Source of the DNA: a virus
Lineage: Duplodnaviria > Heunggongvirae > Uroviricota > Caudoviricetes
Virus record (IMG/VR): IMGVR_UViG_2737471839_000007
Strand: one strand, 5' to 3'
Length of the DNA stretch: 7,764 nt
In this document: positions 1 to 7,220 of the stretch, piece by piece
How positions within the stretch are numbered: position 1 is the first letter of the stretch
Layout of the letters: each line of letters begins with the position of its first letter
Position numbers and translations under genes: made by a program
Notes under the pieces: model-generated
What the model was told of the DNA's origin: nothing
Databases searched by the model: none
The model's input: the letters and a program-made list of their open reading frames with translations, nothing else

Positions 1-839
1 AGGCCGCTGGTTTTTACCCGGACAACGAAATCAACGGCTTTTTTCGTCGGGGCCAGCACCATCGTGTCCTTCGCTGTCACCGGGCGGACTTCCTCAATAT
101 GTGCCAGCACGGCATTAATCAGTTCCTGCGAGGGAAGGTCATTGGCTGACGTAATGGCCACGTCAACCGTCCCCAGTCCACGACGCAATGGCTCCACATA
201 TGCCGAGGTAACGCCATCCACTTCCAGTGCCCAGCGTTTGTAATCATATTTATTACCGCCAGCGGGCGGCCTGCGCAGAATATCCAGATAACGCGCCAGC
301 AGGTCGGCATCACTTTCCCTGTCCGTTCCGCCGGTCAGGGATTTAATCGTCACCGTGCTGTTGATGCCTTCCGGCGGGCTGACCAGCGTTGCCGTCTGCG
401 TCGTGGATGCATTCGTCTGTGCACCCGTGGTGGTGCTTTTTACCGCCACCTCTGCGCTGCCTTCATCACCGATGGTGCAGTCTGCTGTGGTGGCCACGCT
501 GACACCTTCACCACGAATTTCCGCACCGGCTGGCAGCGTCTTACCGGGTGTGCCGGTAATCACTGCCTGACCGGATGAGGCCGTTGCTTTTTTACGAAAA
601 ACGTTGCGCGTGCGACAGTGCAGCTCCAGATATTCAGGGTCTGCCGTGTCAGGAAACACCTGCCGGAGTATCCACCCCTGATGCATATAAAGCCCGTCCG
701 CCACGCCGGATACGGCATTTGCACGAATGCGGTAATCGCTGTCTGCGCCGGTATCGATGGTTTCTCCCGGCAGGGCATTAGCGATATCACGTAGCTGGCG
801 TTCTGTGTTTTCAGCAACGCCCGGAACAGGAAACGGCAT
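1..839 (-). CDS. Baseplate J-like protein (Mu gp47/W-like), 5' portion only; gene continues beyond the window start
   Basis: ATG at 839-837 on the minus strand overlaps the TAA stop (841-839) of the upstream gene as ATGTAATG. I checked every minus-strand codon in this frame from 839 to 1 by hand and found no stop. Translation begins MPFPVPGVAENTERQLRDIANALPGETIDTGADSDYRIRANAVSGVADGLYMHQGWILRQVFPDTADPEYLELHCRTRNVFRKKATASSGQAVITGTPGKTLPAGAEIRGEGVSVATTADCTIGDEGSAEVAVKS. Position directly after the GP46-family gene matches Mu-like order. The ORF track omits it because the stop lies outside the window; its 119..313 and 560..817 minus ORFs are in a different frame. Confidence 0.65.
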   Translation of the reverse strand, partial: MPFPVPGVAENTERQLRDIANALPGETIDTGADSDYRIRANAVSGVADGLYMHQGWILRQVFPDTADPEYLELHCRTRNVFRKKATASSGQAVITGTPGKTLPAGAEIRGEGVSVATTADCTIGDEGSAEVAVKSTTTGAQTNASTTQTATLVSPPEGINSTVTIKSLTGGTDRESDADLLARYLDILRRPPAGGNKYDYKRWALEVDGVTSAYVEPLRRGLGTVDVAITSANDLPSQELINAVLAHIEEVRPVTAKDTMVLAPTKKAVDFVVRVKTSG

Positions 840-1189
840 TACATAATCCTCACAGGGTGTTCAAACGTCTGCGGTGTGCCCGCGTTATCCGTGACGGTGA
901 TTAACAGCAACAGCCAGCCGCGCTGGCCCGCTTTCGTGTCAACGGTAATGGATTTTGCCCGCCCGTCATCGAGCAGTGGCTGAAGTGCCTGGCTGGCATA
1001 CTGCGCCGCCAGTCTGTGAACACGGGGAACGTCTTTTTCCCGCTTCAGCTCGTGCAGGCGTGACCCCAGCGACGCATCCGCCCAGTAACTGCCAAGCGGT
1101 GTCGCCAGTCGCAGATAAACCGCGTTATGGAGTGTGTAAATCCGGCGGCGTTCGTAGTCGCCGGTTGCAGGTGAAATCGTCTGGTCCAT
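839..1189 (-). CDS. Phage GP46-family baseplate protein (Mu gp46-like)
   Basis: 116-aa ORF from the track. It carries a GSYWAD...GSRLHELKREK stretch that resembles the conserved core I recall for GP46-family proteins. It sits between the gpV-like spike gene and the baseplate J-like gene, and its stop overlaps the next start. Confidence 0.6.
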   Translation of the reverse strand: MDQTISPATGDYERRRIYTLHNAVYLRLATPLGSYWADASLGSRLHELKREKDVPRVHRLAAQYASQALQPLLDDGRAKSITVDTKAGQRGWLLLLITVTDNAGTPQTFEHPVRIM

Positions 1190-1242
1190 GCCGCCAGTCT
1201 GGCAGCATGGACAGGTCAGAATCAGATGAGTGTGTTCAGCAC

Positions 1243-1896
1243 TTAATTAACGGGGGTATCAGACATGCCGTCAGGTGTGTTATGCTTATGGGTTCCGATT
1301 TTAACGCCATTAACGGTGACGTCAACGGAGGTAATCACACCACCCACATGGCTGATGTTGCCTTCAAAGGTGGCGGCGTATTTCTTGCCCCCACTGATGG
1401 CCATGCCACCGTTGCCGGTGATTTTACCTTCCACCGTCAGCTTATCGCTGGCCGTCAGTAACGGTGTCGTGAATGCGGCACTTTCCTCTGCCTCAACCTC
1501 ATAGCGTTTGCATTTCACGCGATAAACATCACATTCATGCTCAATAACCCGCCCGCGCTTCAGTACGATTTTCGCGCCTTCGTCGGTATACAGCGCCACC
1601 TCGCCGGGTTTCAGTTCCGTCAGGCGATATGCGCCGTGCTCTGTGGCCACGACGACGGTATGGGAGGTATTGCCATTCAGCGGAACGGCAATACCCATTG
1701 AGCCGGGCGGCGGGGATGTGGTGAGGCCGTAATGCTGAAAATACTCCGCACCGTCCAGCTGTTCGCCTGCCAGCCCGTTCAGCTGGAGAAGCTGAACTTT
1801 GGTCGAACTGTCCACAGTACCGGTCACCACCCTGAATGCCTGGCGAACGGCGGCCAGTGCCTGCTGTACGCGCTGATTAACCTTGTCCCACATCAT
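1243..1896 (-). CDS. Baseplate assembly protein V / central spike (Mu gp45/Q-like)
   Basis: 217-aa ORF; size, position after the gpD-like hub and overall sequence character fit gpV-family spike proteins. Start ATG 1896-1894 overlaps the upstream TGA (ATGA). There are tandem Met codons (1896 and 1893); the second has better spacing from the GGGAG Shine-Dalgarno at 1899-1903, so the true start may be 1893. Confidence 0.65.
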   Translation of the reverse strand: MMWDKVNQRVQQALAAVRQAFRVVTGTVDSSTKVQLLQLNGLAGEQLDGAEYFQHYGLTTSPPPGSMGIAVPLNGNTSHTVVVATEHGAYRLTELKPGEVALYTDEGAKIVLKRGRVIEHECDVYRVKCKRYEVEAEESAAFTTPLLTASDKLTVEGKITGNGGMAISGGKKYAATFEGNISHVGGVITSVDVTVNGVKIGTHKHNTPDGMSDTPVN

Positions 1897-3104
1897 TTCT
1901 CCCAGACCTTAACAATGGCGACCTCTTTTTTCTTTTTGCCCCTGCGGTGATGGCGTTTCTTCTCGCGCGGGAAGGCGTCAGGTATCCACACGCCGTCCTC
2001 CTTAAAGCGGAGCCGGGTTGTCTTCCCGTTACGGCCTCCGCTGAACTCACGCCCCATCAGGAAAAAGATGGCGTCGATGCCGTGGGGTTCGCTGACAATC
2101 CGCACACGCTGCCCGGGCTGCCACAGGACACCGTCCGCCGTGCGATGACCTGCAACCAGTGCGACGATATCCAGCCCCGACAGGCGGGCATCACTCATCA
2201 TTTTTTTGGCGCGCCAGTTCACCTGCTCCATGTTACTGGTGTCGCCCTGGGTAATTATCTGCGGGCGGTAATAATCCACGGTGGGGTCGGTGGCCACGGC
2301 TTTCATGTTATGAATACCTGTCTGGCCATTGTCAGTATTACCGCCGTCCCGCCCGGATAACGTGCGCACGCTGCCGTCCTCGTTCCAGATATCGAGTGGC
2401 ACCACGGCCAGTTGTTTTTTGCTGTCTGCGCGGCGGGCGTGGCTTTGAGCCAGTACCGTAAGTTCGGAGAAGCAGCCGTTAATGGACCGGGTATCGTCCA
2501 GCTCCATCACGTTGTTCCCGGTGCCGTCCAGCTTCAGAATCAGCGTATCCACCGGCGTGGTGGTGTAGTCAGGGCCACCCACAACCAGCGTCCCGTCAGG
2601 CTCAAACCATGGCCATAAGCCGCGACCGGCGGCAGCTTTGGCCAGTGCATCCCACGCACGCATCCCCGGCTCTATAACGACCTTGTCATTACGTGACACA
2701 CCGGACGCCTGAATACGGATGCGCTGTATCCCCAGCGGTCTGACAATCCTGTCGATGACCTCGTCCAGCGTCAGCTGATTGGCGCTGAACACCGGCGCGG
2801 CACAGTCCACCAGAATGGCGGCATCATCACGCCCGGACAGGGTCAGCGTGCAGCTCTGACGGGATACACTGCGGCGCACGCTGTCCACGCGACCACTGAG
2901 AACCGTCTCGTCTCCCACCTGTAACCGGATTTGCGCCCCACGGACGATATCCGCCGGGAACACCTTTTCAGGCAGTCCCAGCTGAAGCTGCCAGCCGTCG
3001 GCGGCTTTCAGAAAATCGCTGTCAATACGATAACTGCTCCAGTCAGAATGCGACCTTCCGGCAATGACCAGACTGATTTTGTCGTCGTTATTTTGCGTAG
3101 GCAT
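1893..3104 (-). CDS. Phage late control gene D-like protein (P2 gpD / Mu gp44 P-like baseplate hub)
   Basis: 403-aa ORF; size and position between the N-like gene and the gpV-like spike match the Mu P / P2 D slot. The start overlaps the 3' end of the N-like gene by 17 nt and the stop overlaps the V start. Confidence 0.6.
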   Translation of the reverse strand: MPTQNNDDKISLVIAGRSHSDWSSYRIDSDFLKAADGWQLQLGLPEKVFPADIVRGAQIRLQVGDETVLSGRVDSVRRSVSRQSCTLTLSGRDDAAILVDCAAPVFSANQLTLDEVIDRIVRPLGIQRIRIQASGVSRNDKVVIEPGMRAWDALAKAAAGRGLWPWFEPDGTLVVGGPDYTTTPVDTLILKLDGTGNNVMELDDTRSINGCFSELTVLAQSHARRADSKKQLAVVPLDIWNEDGSVRTLSGRDGGNTDNGQTGIHNMKAVATDPTVDYYRPQIITQGDTSNMEQVNWRAKKMMSDARLSGLDIVALVAGHRTADGVLWQPGQRVRIVSEPHGIDAIFFLMGREFSGGRNGKTTRLRFKEDGVWIPDAFPREKKRHHRRGKKKKEVAIVKVWEK

Positions 3105-4437
3105 TAATCACCATCCCGGCGGTTATGTTGTTCGGGTCACGCAGCTGCGGGTTCAGACGTTGCAGCTCTGCCGCACGGCTGTAATCACCGTACCACTGCC
3201 ACGCCAGCAACAGCAGACAGCTGTCCGCCTGCACCTGTTTCTGCGTCAGCGGTGGGCGGCGTGACAGAACCAGCAGACCGACATCCTGCACGGATGCCGC
3301 CACGTTCTTCATGCTCTGAATGATTTCCGGGTACATCAGCCCCAGCGGTGATGCGGTTTCGGTTATCCGTTCGCGTTCGCCTTCATAGCGTTCACGGAAC
3401 AGCGTGATGGCTGTCTGTAAGCGGGTGCGCACATCTCCGACCAGTCGCCCGATATCCGCCGGTATAAGCTGCTCTGACTGGGCCTCATCTGACAGTATCG
3501 CCGTCGCCACGCTGGCCAGCTCTGAGGCCGCCAGAACCGCATAAGCCACTTTCACATCCTGCACGTCTTCCACGGACGCATCCGGCGGAAGTGCCACAGA
3601 CGGCGTTTTATCACCGCTGACCAGTGCGACCGGCAGCGCGACCAGCTCATCCATATCTGCCATCACCTCATTCCAGCAGGTCATCACGGTCGCAGAACTG
3701 GCGACGCTGTCTTCTCCGGTCAGTCCGGTCGTGGTGGCGGAATCAGTACGTTCCAGCACCGGCACCGCGTGCCCGACATCTGACGTGTGGATTTCCAGCA
3801 CCTCTGCCAGCCCGCCAATAAATTTCCCGGGTTCGCTGGCCAGCGACATCATATTGTCGATGGATGAGAGAAAATCGCTTTTGAACGTCAGCAGGGTATT
3901 TACCAGTGTGGCGCGCACTGTCTGGATTTTTTTTATCACGCTGTTAATGGTCTTTAAAGGGGCTGTAACAGCGTCAAATAATTCGCTTAACTGTGCCAGT
4001 AACTTATCCAGTTCTTCAAATAACTGCTGTGCAAACAACTCCGGTAACGGGGTGCTGAACAACGCGCTGCCGGTGCGGTTCTCCAGAAAGCTCATGTCGA
4101 TGGTGCAGCTGTCCGGGCTTTCTGCGTCATGGCGAATGCTGTAGCCGGTCACAATCACCGACGGAACGGAGCCGTAAACCGGGTGAATCAGCTCACCATC
4201 GCCGCCTTTATCCAGGGCGGCGATCAGCTTTTCGAGTTTATATTCGTAATACTCCCCCCACAGGAACGCCGTCATGCGGAACGGTCGCGCCTTGCGCCCG
4301 AGGTCGTGCAAATCCGCCCCGTCAACAAACGGGTATTCATAGACCGCATGGTCGCGGCTGATTTGTTCATCCGTGTTCAGTACATCAAACTGCACACCGC
4401 GAAAGGAGGCGTTTTGCAGGTTTTCAGCCCAGCCCAT
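3088..4437 (-). CDS. DNA circularization protein N-like (Mu gp43 N-like; DNA_circ_N family)
   Basis: 449-aa ORF with N-terminus MGWAENLQNASFRGVQFDVL. The W..L.nASFRGV.F start is the hallmark I recall for the Mu N / DNA circulation N-terminal domain. It lies immediately after the tape measure gene with an ATGA overlap at 4437. Confidence 0.7.
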   Translation of the reverse strand: MGWAENLQNASFRGVQFDVLNTDEQISRDHAVYEYPFVDGADLHDLGRKARPFRMTAFLWGEYYEYKLEKLIAALDKGGDGELIHPVYGSVPSVIVTGYSIRHDAESPDSCTIDMSFLENRTGSALFSTPLPELFAQQLFEELDKLLAQLSELFDAVTAPLKTINSVIKKIQTVRATLVNTLLTFKSDFLSSIDNMMSLASEPGKFIGGLAEVLEIHTSDVGHAVPVLERTDSATTTGLTGEDSVASSATVMTCWNEVMADMDELVALPVALVSGDKTPSVALPPDASVEDVQDVKVAYAVLAASELASVATAILSDEAQSEQLIPADIGRLVGDVRTRLQTAITLFRERYEGERERITETASPLGLMYPEIIQSMKNVAASVQDVGLLVLSRRPPLTQKQVQADSCLLLLAWQWYGDYSRAAELQRLNPQLRDPNNITAGMVINAYAK

Positions 4438-6674
4438 CAGTAAGTTCCTCCCGTGCCTCTGTTGCCGTCCTGAAGGTTGTATTTGTTCACTGCCTCCGCC
4501 ACGACCTGACCATCGAGCACCAGTTGTGTGGTGAAATTTATGGGGCTGGCAGGTGGTCCCCAGTGCGTGAGGTATTCCGGCTGGGTGATGCGTCCGGGTT
4601 GTTCTGATGCCGGTTCAGACGTTGTGTTTCCTGCGGCTTTGTTCACCTGCTCCGGTGATGGCAGAGCATCAGCTGCGGCTTTCAGCTCATTATCCCGTTT
4701 AAGCATTCCTTCACGGGTAAAGAACAAGGAGCCATCGTCTGCAAAAAACAAACCATGATTATCTGTAAAGTTCTTGATGGTATCGCCAACAACAGCCCCA
4801 TAAAGTTCTTCTGCGGCCTCATAGCCTGCGTAAATGGTTGCAATTTTTCCGGCTGCGCCCATTATTTTTCCCAGACGTCCCTGATTGCCGGAAGCGACTT
4901 CACTGATATCTTTAACTTTGGATGCAGTATCCCCAGTATCATCGGGTTTATCTGCTCCTCCGGACACTGGATTACCGGTAATAAGTTTCAGCCCCGCAAA
5001 CGTGACGGCCGCTGCTGTCATCGCTTTAATGGCTGTGGTAGCTGTCACCACTGCTGTGGTCAGCCCCGGAAATTTTTCACCCGCCCAGCTTATGGCATCG
5101 GCCACAGTCCCGGATGCATCAGCTAGTTTTTTCACGCCATCCATTTGTGAAAATTCAAGCGTGTTTTTAGCCTGCCCGGTTTTAAAATCATTCGTGTCTG
5201 ATATGAATTTAAAATCCACATCACCCGCGCGCTGACCTTCCGGCAGGGTGCGCTGCTGATTAATCGCGTCTTCAACCTTTTTCCGGTATTCCGGGTTGTT
5301 ACGATAAGCCAGCAACGCCTTTAACGCCTGTTGGTCTGCAACCAGCTTTCCGACACCAAAACCTTCAAGGAGTTTTACCATCGAATCATAAACAGCCGTC
5401 TGCTCGCCTTTGTCCCGGGCGGATGCCAGTTTCTTTTGCAACTCCTGATAGCGTTTATCGCTGGCAACGATTTTGTCTATCAGGCTGGACAGCGCGTCTA
5501 TCGGATCAAGCCCGTTCTTGCGCGCTTCTACCAGCGTGCCTGCAAAGTCGATGCCCTTACCGTTGTAATTTATTCCCGCAGCCGCTGTTTCAATATCCTT
5601 ACTGGTCAGTTTTGCCAGCAGGTTAAATACGTTATTTCCGGCTTCGCTGCTGTTACCAGCTGTAATCGCTGCGGCTTCATTCAGCGCCAGAATCTTGACG
5701 AAATCATCCTTGCCTTTCATCCCGGCATTGGCAGCAGCCCCCAGTTGTGACGATAAATATTGCGCCATATCGTTCAGTTCAAAGCTGCCTTCTTTCCCCG
5801 CTGCAATCGCCATATTCAGAACGGTGGAAATATCTTCATCCCTGAATCCAAACGTCTTTTTTCCTTTGACCATTACGTTGGCCAGGTCTGTTGCAGATGC
5901 ACCGGAAGCCGTGGCGTATTTCATCAGTTCAGGTAGCCACTTGTTGGCTGTTTCAAATGAAATGCCGTCTTTCAGCAGGGCATCCAGCGTTTCGGCTGCA
6001 TCCTCTTTCGTGCCACCACCATAGGTCACCGCGTTACGGATGCTGCTTTTCATCTGCTCAAGACCAGCCCTGCGCCCCTCCAGTCCGCCATCACTGAAGG
6101 CGGTATTGGCCATCATTGCCAGCTGGCGTTCGTAGCTCATCTGCTTTTTGACCGGCTGCGCCATAATGGCAGCACCTGCTGCAATACCACCGCCTATTGT
6201 CACGGCATTCCCGCCAAATGCAGCCGCACGGGCAAAACGCCCCCGTTCAGGGATAACAGGCGTTTTCGCCATCTTCATCTGAGCCTGAGTAACGCCATCC
6301 AGTTCACGCTTGAGTGCCCGGGCTTTTTCCCGGGTGGCCTGCATGGCGCGCTCCTGCTCCTGCGCAGATTCAAAACCGGCGCGGGCCAGACGGTTATAAC
6401 TGGCAACCGTCAGATAAATTTCACGCCGGATCTCGCGTTCTGCACGAATACCGAGCGTTTCCCGGGCACGGGCGGCACGCTGTATCTCTTTTGCGGCCTT
6501 TTTCGTGCTGTTAATGCTTTCCTGCCCGGTACGCTTCTGCTCTGCGCCTGCCTTCCGGGTTGCCTTTGTTACACCTTCGGTGGCTTTGATAACCTGTTTT
6601 TGTCCCTTTTCCAGAACCTGCGAGGCTTCGTCCTTCGCAGTCAGGGTCATGCCAACTTTGAAATTACCGGCCAT
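4437..6674 (-). CDS. Tail tape measure protein
   Basis: 745 aa, the largest ORF in the operon. It is Ala/Gly/Lys/Glu-rich with long predicted helical stretches and hydrophobic Gly/Ala-rich segments (e.g. AAAFGGNAVTIGGGIAAGAAIMAQPV). It sits directly after the chaperone frameshift extension and before the baseplate genes. An AAGG Shine-Dalgarno lies about 11 nt upstream of ATG 6674. Confidence 0.75.
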   Translation of the reverse strand: MAGNFKVGMTLTAKDEASQVLEKGQKQVIKATEGVTKATRKAGAEQKRTGQESINSTKKAAKEIQRAARARETLGIRAEREIRREIYLTVASYNRLARAGFESAQEQERAMQATREKARALKRELDGVTQAQMKMAKTPVIPERGRFARAAAFGGNAVTIGGGIAAGAAIMAQPVKKQMSYERQLAMMANTAFSDGGLEGRRAGLEQMKSSIRNAVTYGGGTKEDAAETLDALLKDGISFETANKWLPELMKYATASGASATDLANVMVKGKKTFGFRDEDISTVLNMAIAAGKEGSFELNDMAQYLSSQLGAAANAGMKGKDDFVKILALNEAAAITAGNSSEAGNNVFNLLAKLTSKDIETAAAGINYNGKGIDFAGTLVEARKNGLDPIDALSSLIDKIVASDKRYQELQKKLASARDKGEQTAVYDSMVKLLEGFGVGKLVADQQALKALLAYRNNPEYRKKVEDAINQQRTLPEGQRAGDVDFKFISDTNDFKTGQAKNTLEFSQMDGVKKLADASGTVADAISWAGEKFPGLTTAVVTATTAIKAMTAAAVTFAGLKLITGNPVSGGADKPDDTGDTASKVKDISEVASGNQGRLGKIMGAAGKIATIYAGYEAAEELYGAVVGDTIKNFTDNHGLFFADDGSLFFTREGMLKRDNELKAAADALPSPEQVNKAAGNTTSEPASEQPGRITQPEYLTHWGPPASPINFTTQLVLDGQVVAEAVNKYNLQDGNRGTGGTY

Positions 6675-6942
6675 TTTTCTGCTTACCTTTTCTGCGTTTC
6701 TTTCTGAGGGATTTAAATGACTGGCGGGTGGTCTGTGAGGTGTCCTTTCTTCCTGAGCCGCCGCCGTTCAGCCTGTCAACGGCGGCAAGCCAGCCGTCCA
6801 GCTCGGGACGGCTCATGGTCATGATTTGCTCTTCGGTTATTCCGTAGCGCCCGAGGATAAGGACTGCGAGCCGGAGTCCGGCGAGCCGGGATTCCCGCCG
6901 TTCCGCTTTACCTTCAGGACGTTGCGTGATGCCAGCAGAATA
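6664..6942 (-). CDS. Minus-one frame extension of the tail assembly chaperone (putative frameshift product, GT/E+E'-like)
   Basis: By hand translation the -1 frame relative to the chaperone is open from 6942 (after an in-frame TAA at 6945-6943) down to a TAA at 6666-6664. It therefore overlaps the last 103 nt of the chaperone ORF and ends 8 nt inside the tape measure ORF. Translation: ...GITEEQIMTMSRPELDGWLAAVDRLNGGGSGRKDTSQTTRQSFKSLRKKRRKGKQKNGR. The other alternative frame terminates at 6778-6776. The exact slip site is not identified. Confidence 0.4.
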   Translation of the reverse strand, partial: YSAGITQRPEGKAERRESRLAGLRLAVLILGRYGITEEQIMTMSRPELDGWLAAVDRLNGGGSGRKDTSQTTRQSFKSLRKKRRKGKQKNGR

Positions 6943-7220
6943 TTAAAATCGTCCGGCGTCATGTTGTCGTGCAACAGCTCCGCCGTCAGTTCTTCCTGCG
7001 GAATATCCCCCAGACGGACCAGCGTTGCCGCCATCACCGCACAGCGGTAGTAATAATCCGCCGCGAAGCCATCCACCGTCTGAAAGCGTTCTTCGGTTTC
7101 TTCCAGTGCCTGCCCGTTATCACGCATGACTGGCAGACGCAGCTCAAAGTTTTTATGAACGGTGCCGTTAAACACCACGCCATCAGACAGTTCGCCGGTC
7201 TGTGTATTAATCAAAGTCAT
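6837..7220 (-). CDS. Tail assembly chaperone (Mu gp41 / lambda G / P2 E analogue), zero-frame product
   Basis: 127-aa ORF between the tube and tape measure genes, with an acidic, low-complexity Gly/Ser-rich C-terminus (NGGNPGSPDSGSQSLSSGATE). Start ATG 7220-7218 overlaps the tube TGA (ATGA); an AGGAAGG Shine-Dalgarno lies 7 nt upstream. Confidence 0.55.
   Translation of the reverse strand: MTLINTQTGELSDGVVFNGTVHKNFELRLPVMRDNGQALEETEERFQTVDGFAADYYYRCAVMAATLVRLGDIPQEELTAELLHDNMTPDDFNILLASRNVLKVKRNGGNPGSPDSGSQSLSSGATE

Noticed and set aside
355-781. Plus-strand ORFs 355..570 and 575..781
   Set aside because: They are antisense to the baseplate J-like coding frame and give Ala/Val/Pro-rich low-complexity translations with no start context.
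119-817. Minus-strand track ORFs 119..313 and 560..817
   Set aside because: Both are in a different frame from the long uninterrupted minus-strand frame that starts at ATG 839 and carries the coupled start. They are alternative-frame artefacts inside the baseplate J-like gene.
1193-1203. Palindrome GCCAG-T-CTGGC as a rho-independent terminator
   Set aside because: The loop is too short for a stable hairpin, no U-tract follows on the minus-strand transcript, and it lies directly upstream of the GP46 start codon within the same operon.
955-1461. 168-aa plus-strand ORF spanning the GP46/spike gene junction
   Set aside because: It is entirely antisense to two well-supported minus-strand genes. 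Its predicted protein is Ala/Pro/Arg/Gly-rich in the way typical of spurious reverse-frame ORFs in GC-rich coding DNA, and it has no convincing Shine-Dalgarno.
1947-2360. 137-aa plus-strand ORF antisense to the gpD-like hub gene
   Set aside because: It lies wholly inside the gpD-like coding region on the opposite strand, with low-complexity composition and no recognizable motif. It is most likely a by-product of codon bias on the coding strand.
3731-4144. 137-aa plus-strand ORF (and the overlapping 3624..3821 and 4129..4443 ORFs) antisense to the N-like gene
   Set aside because: These are antisense to a gene whose N-terminal motif is recognizable. The Ser/Asn-rich composition reflects reverse-complemented codon usage. 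No start context was seen.
4528-6097. Series of plus-strand ORFs (4528..4758, 4755..5126, 4885..5235, 5331..5750, 5423..5626, 5695..6024, 5891..6097) inside the tape measure region
   Set aside because: They tile overlapping frames antisense to one long, continuous 745-codon ORF, and several are Cys/Ser/Pro-rich low-complexity translations. That pattern is expected from chance open frames opposite a long gene.
6776-6900. Alternative +1 frame as the chaperone extension
   Set aside because: That frame hits a TGA at 6778-6776, well short of the tape measure start, whereas the -1 frame runs to 6664. The -1 frame is the better candidate.
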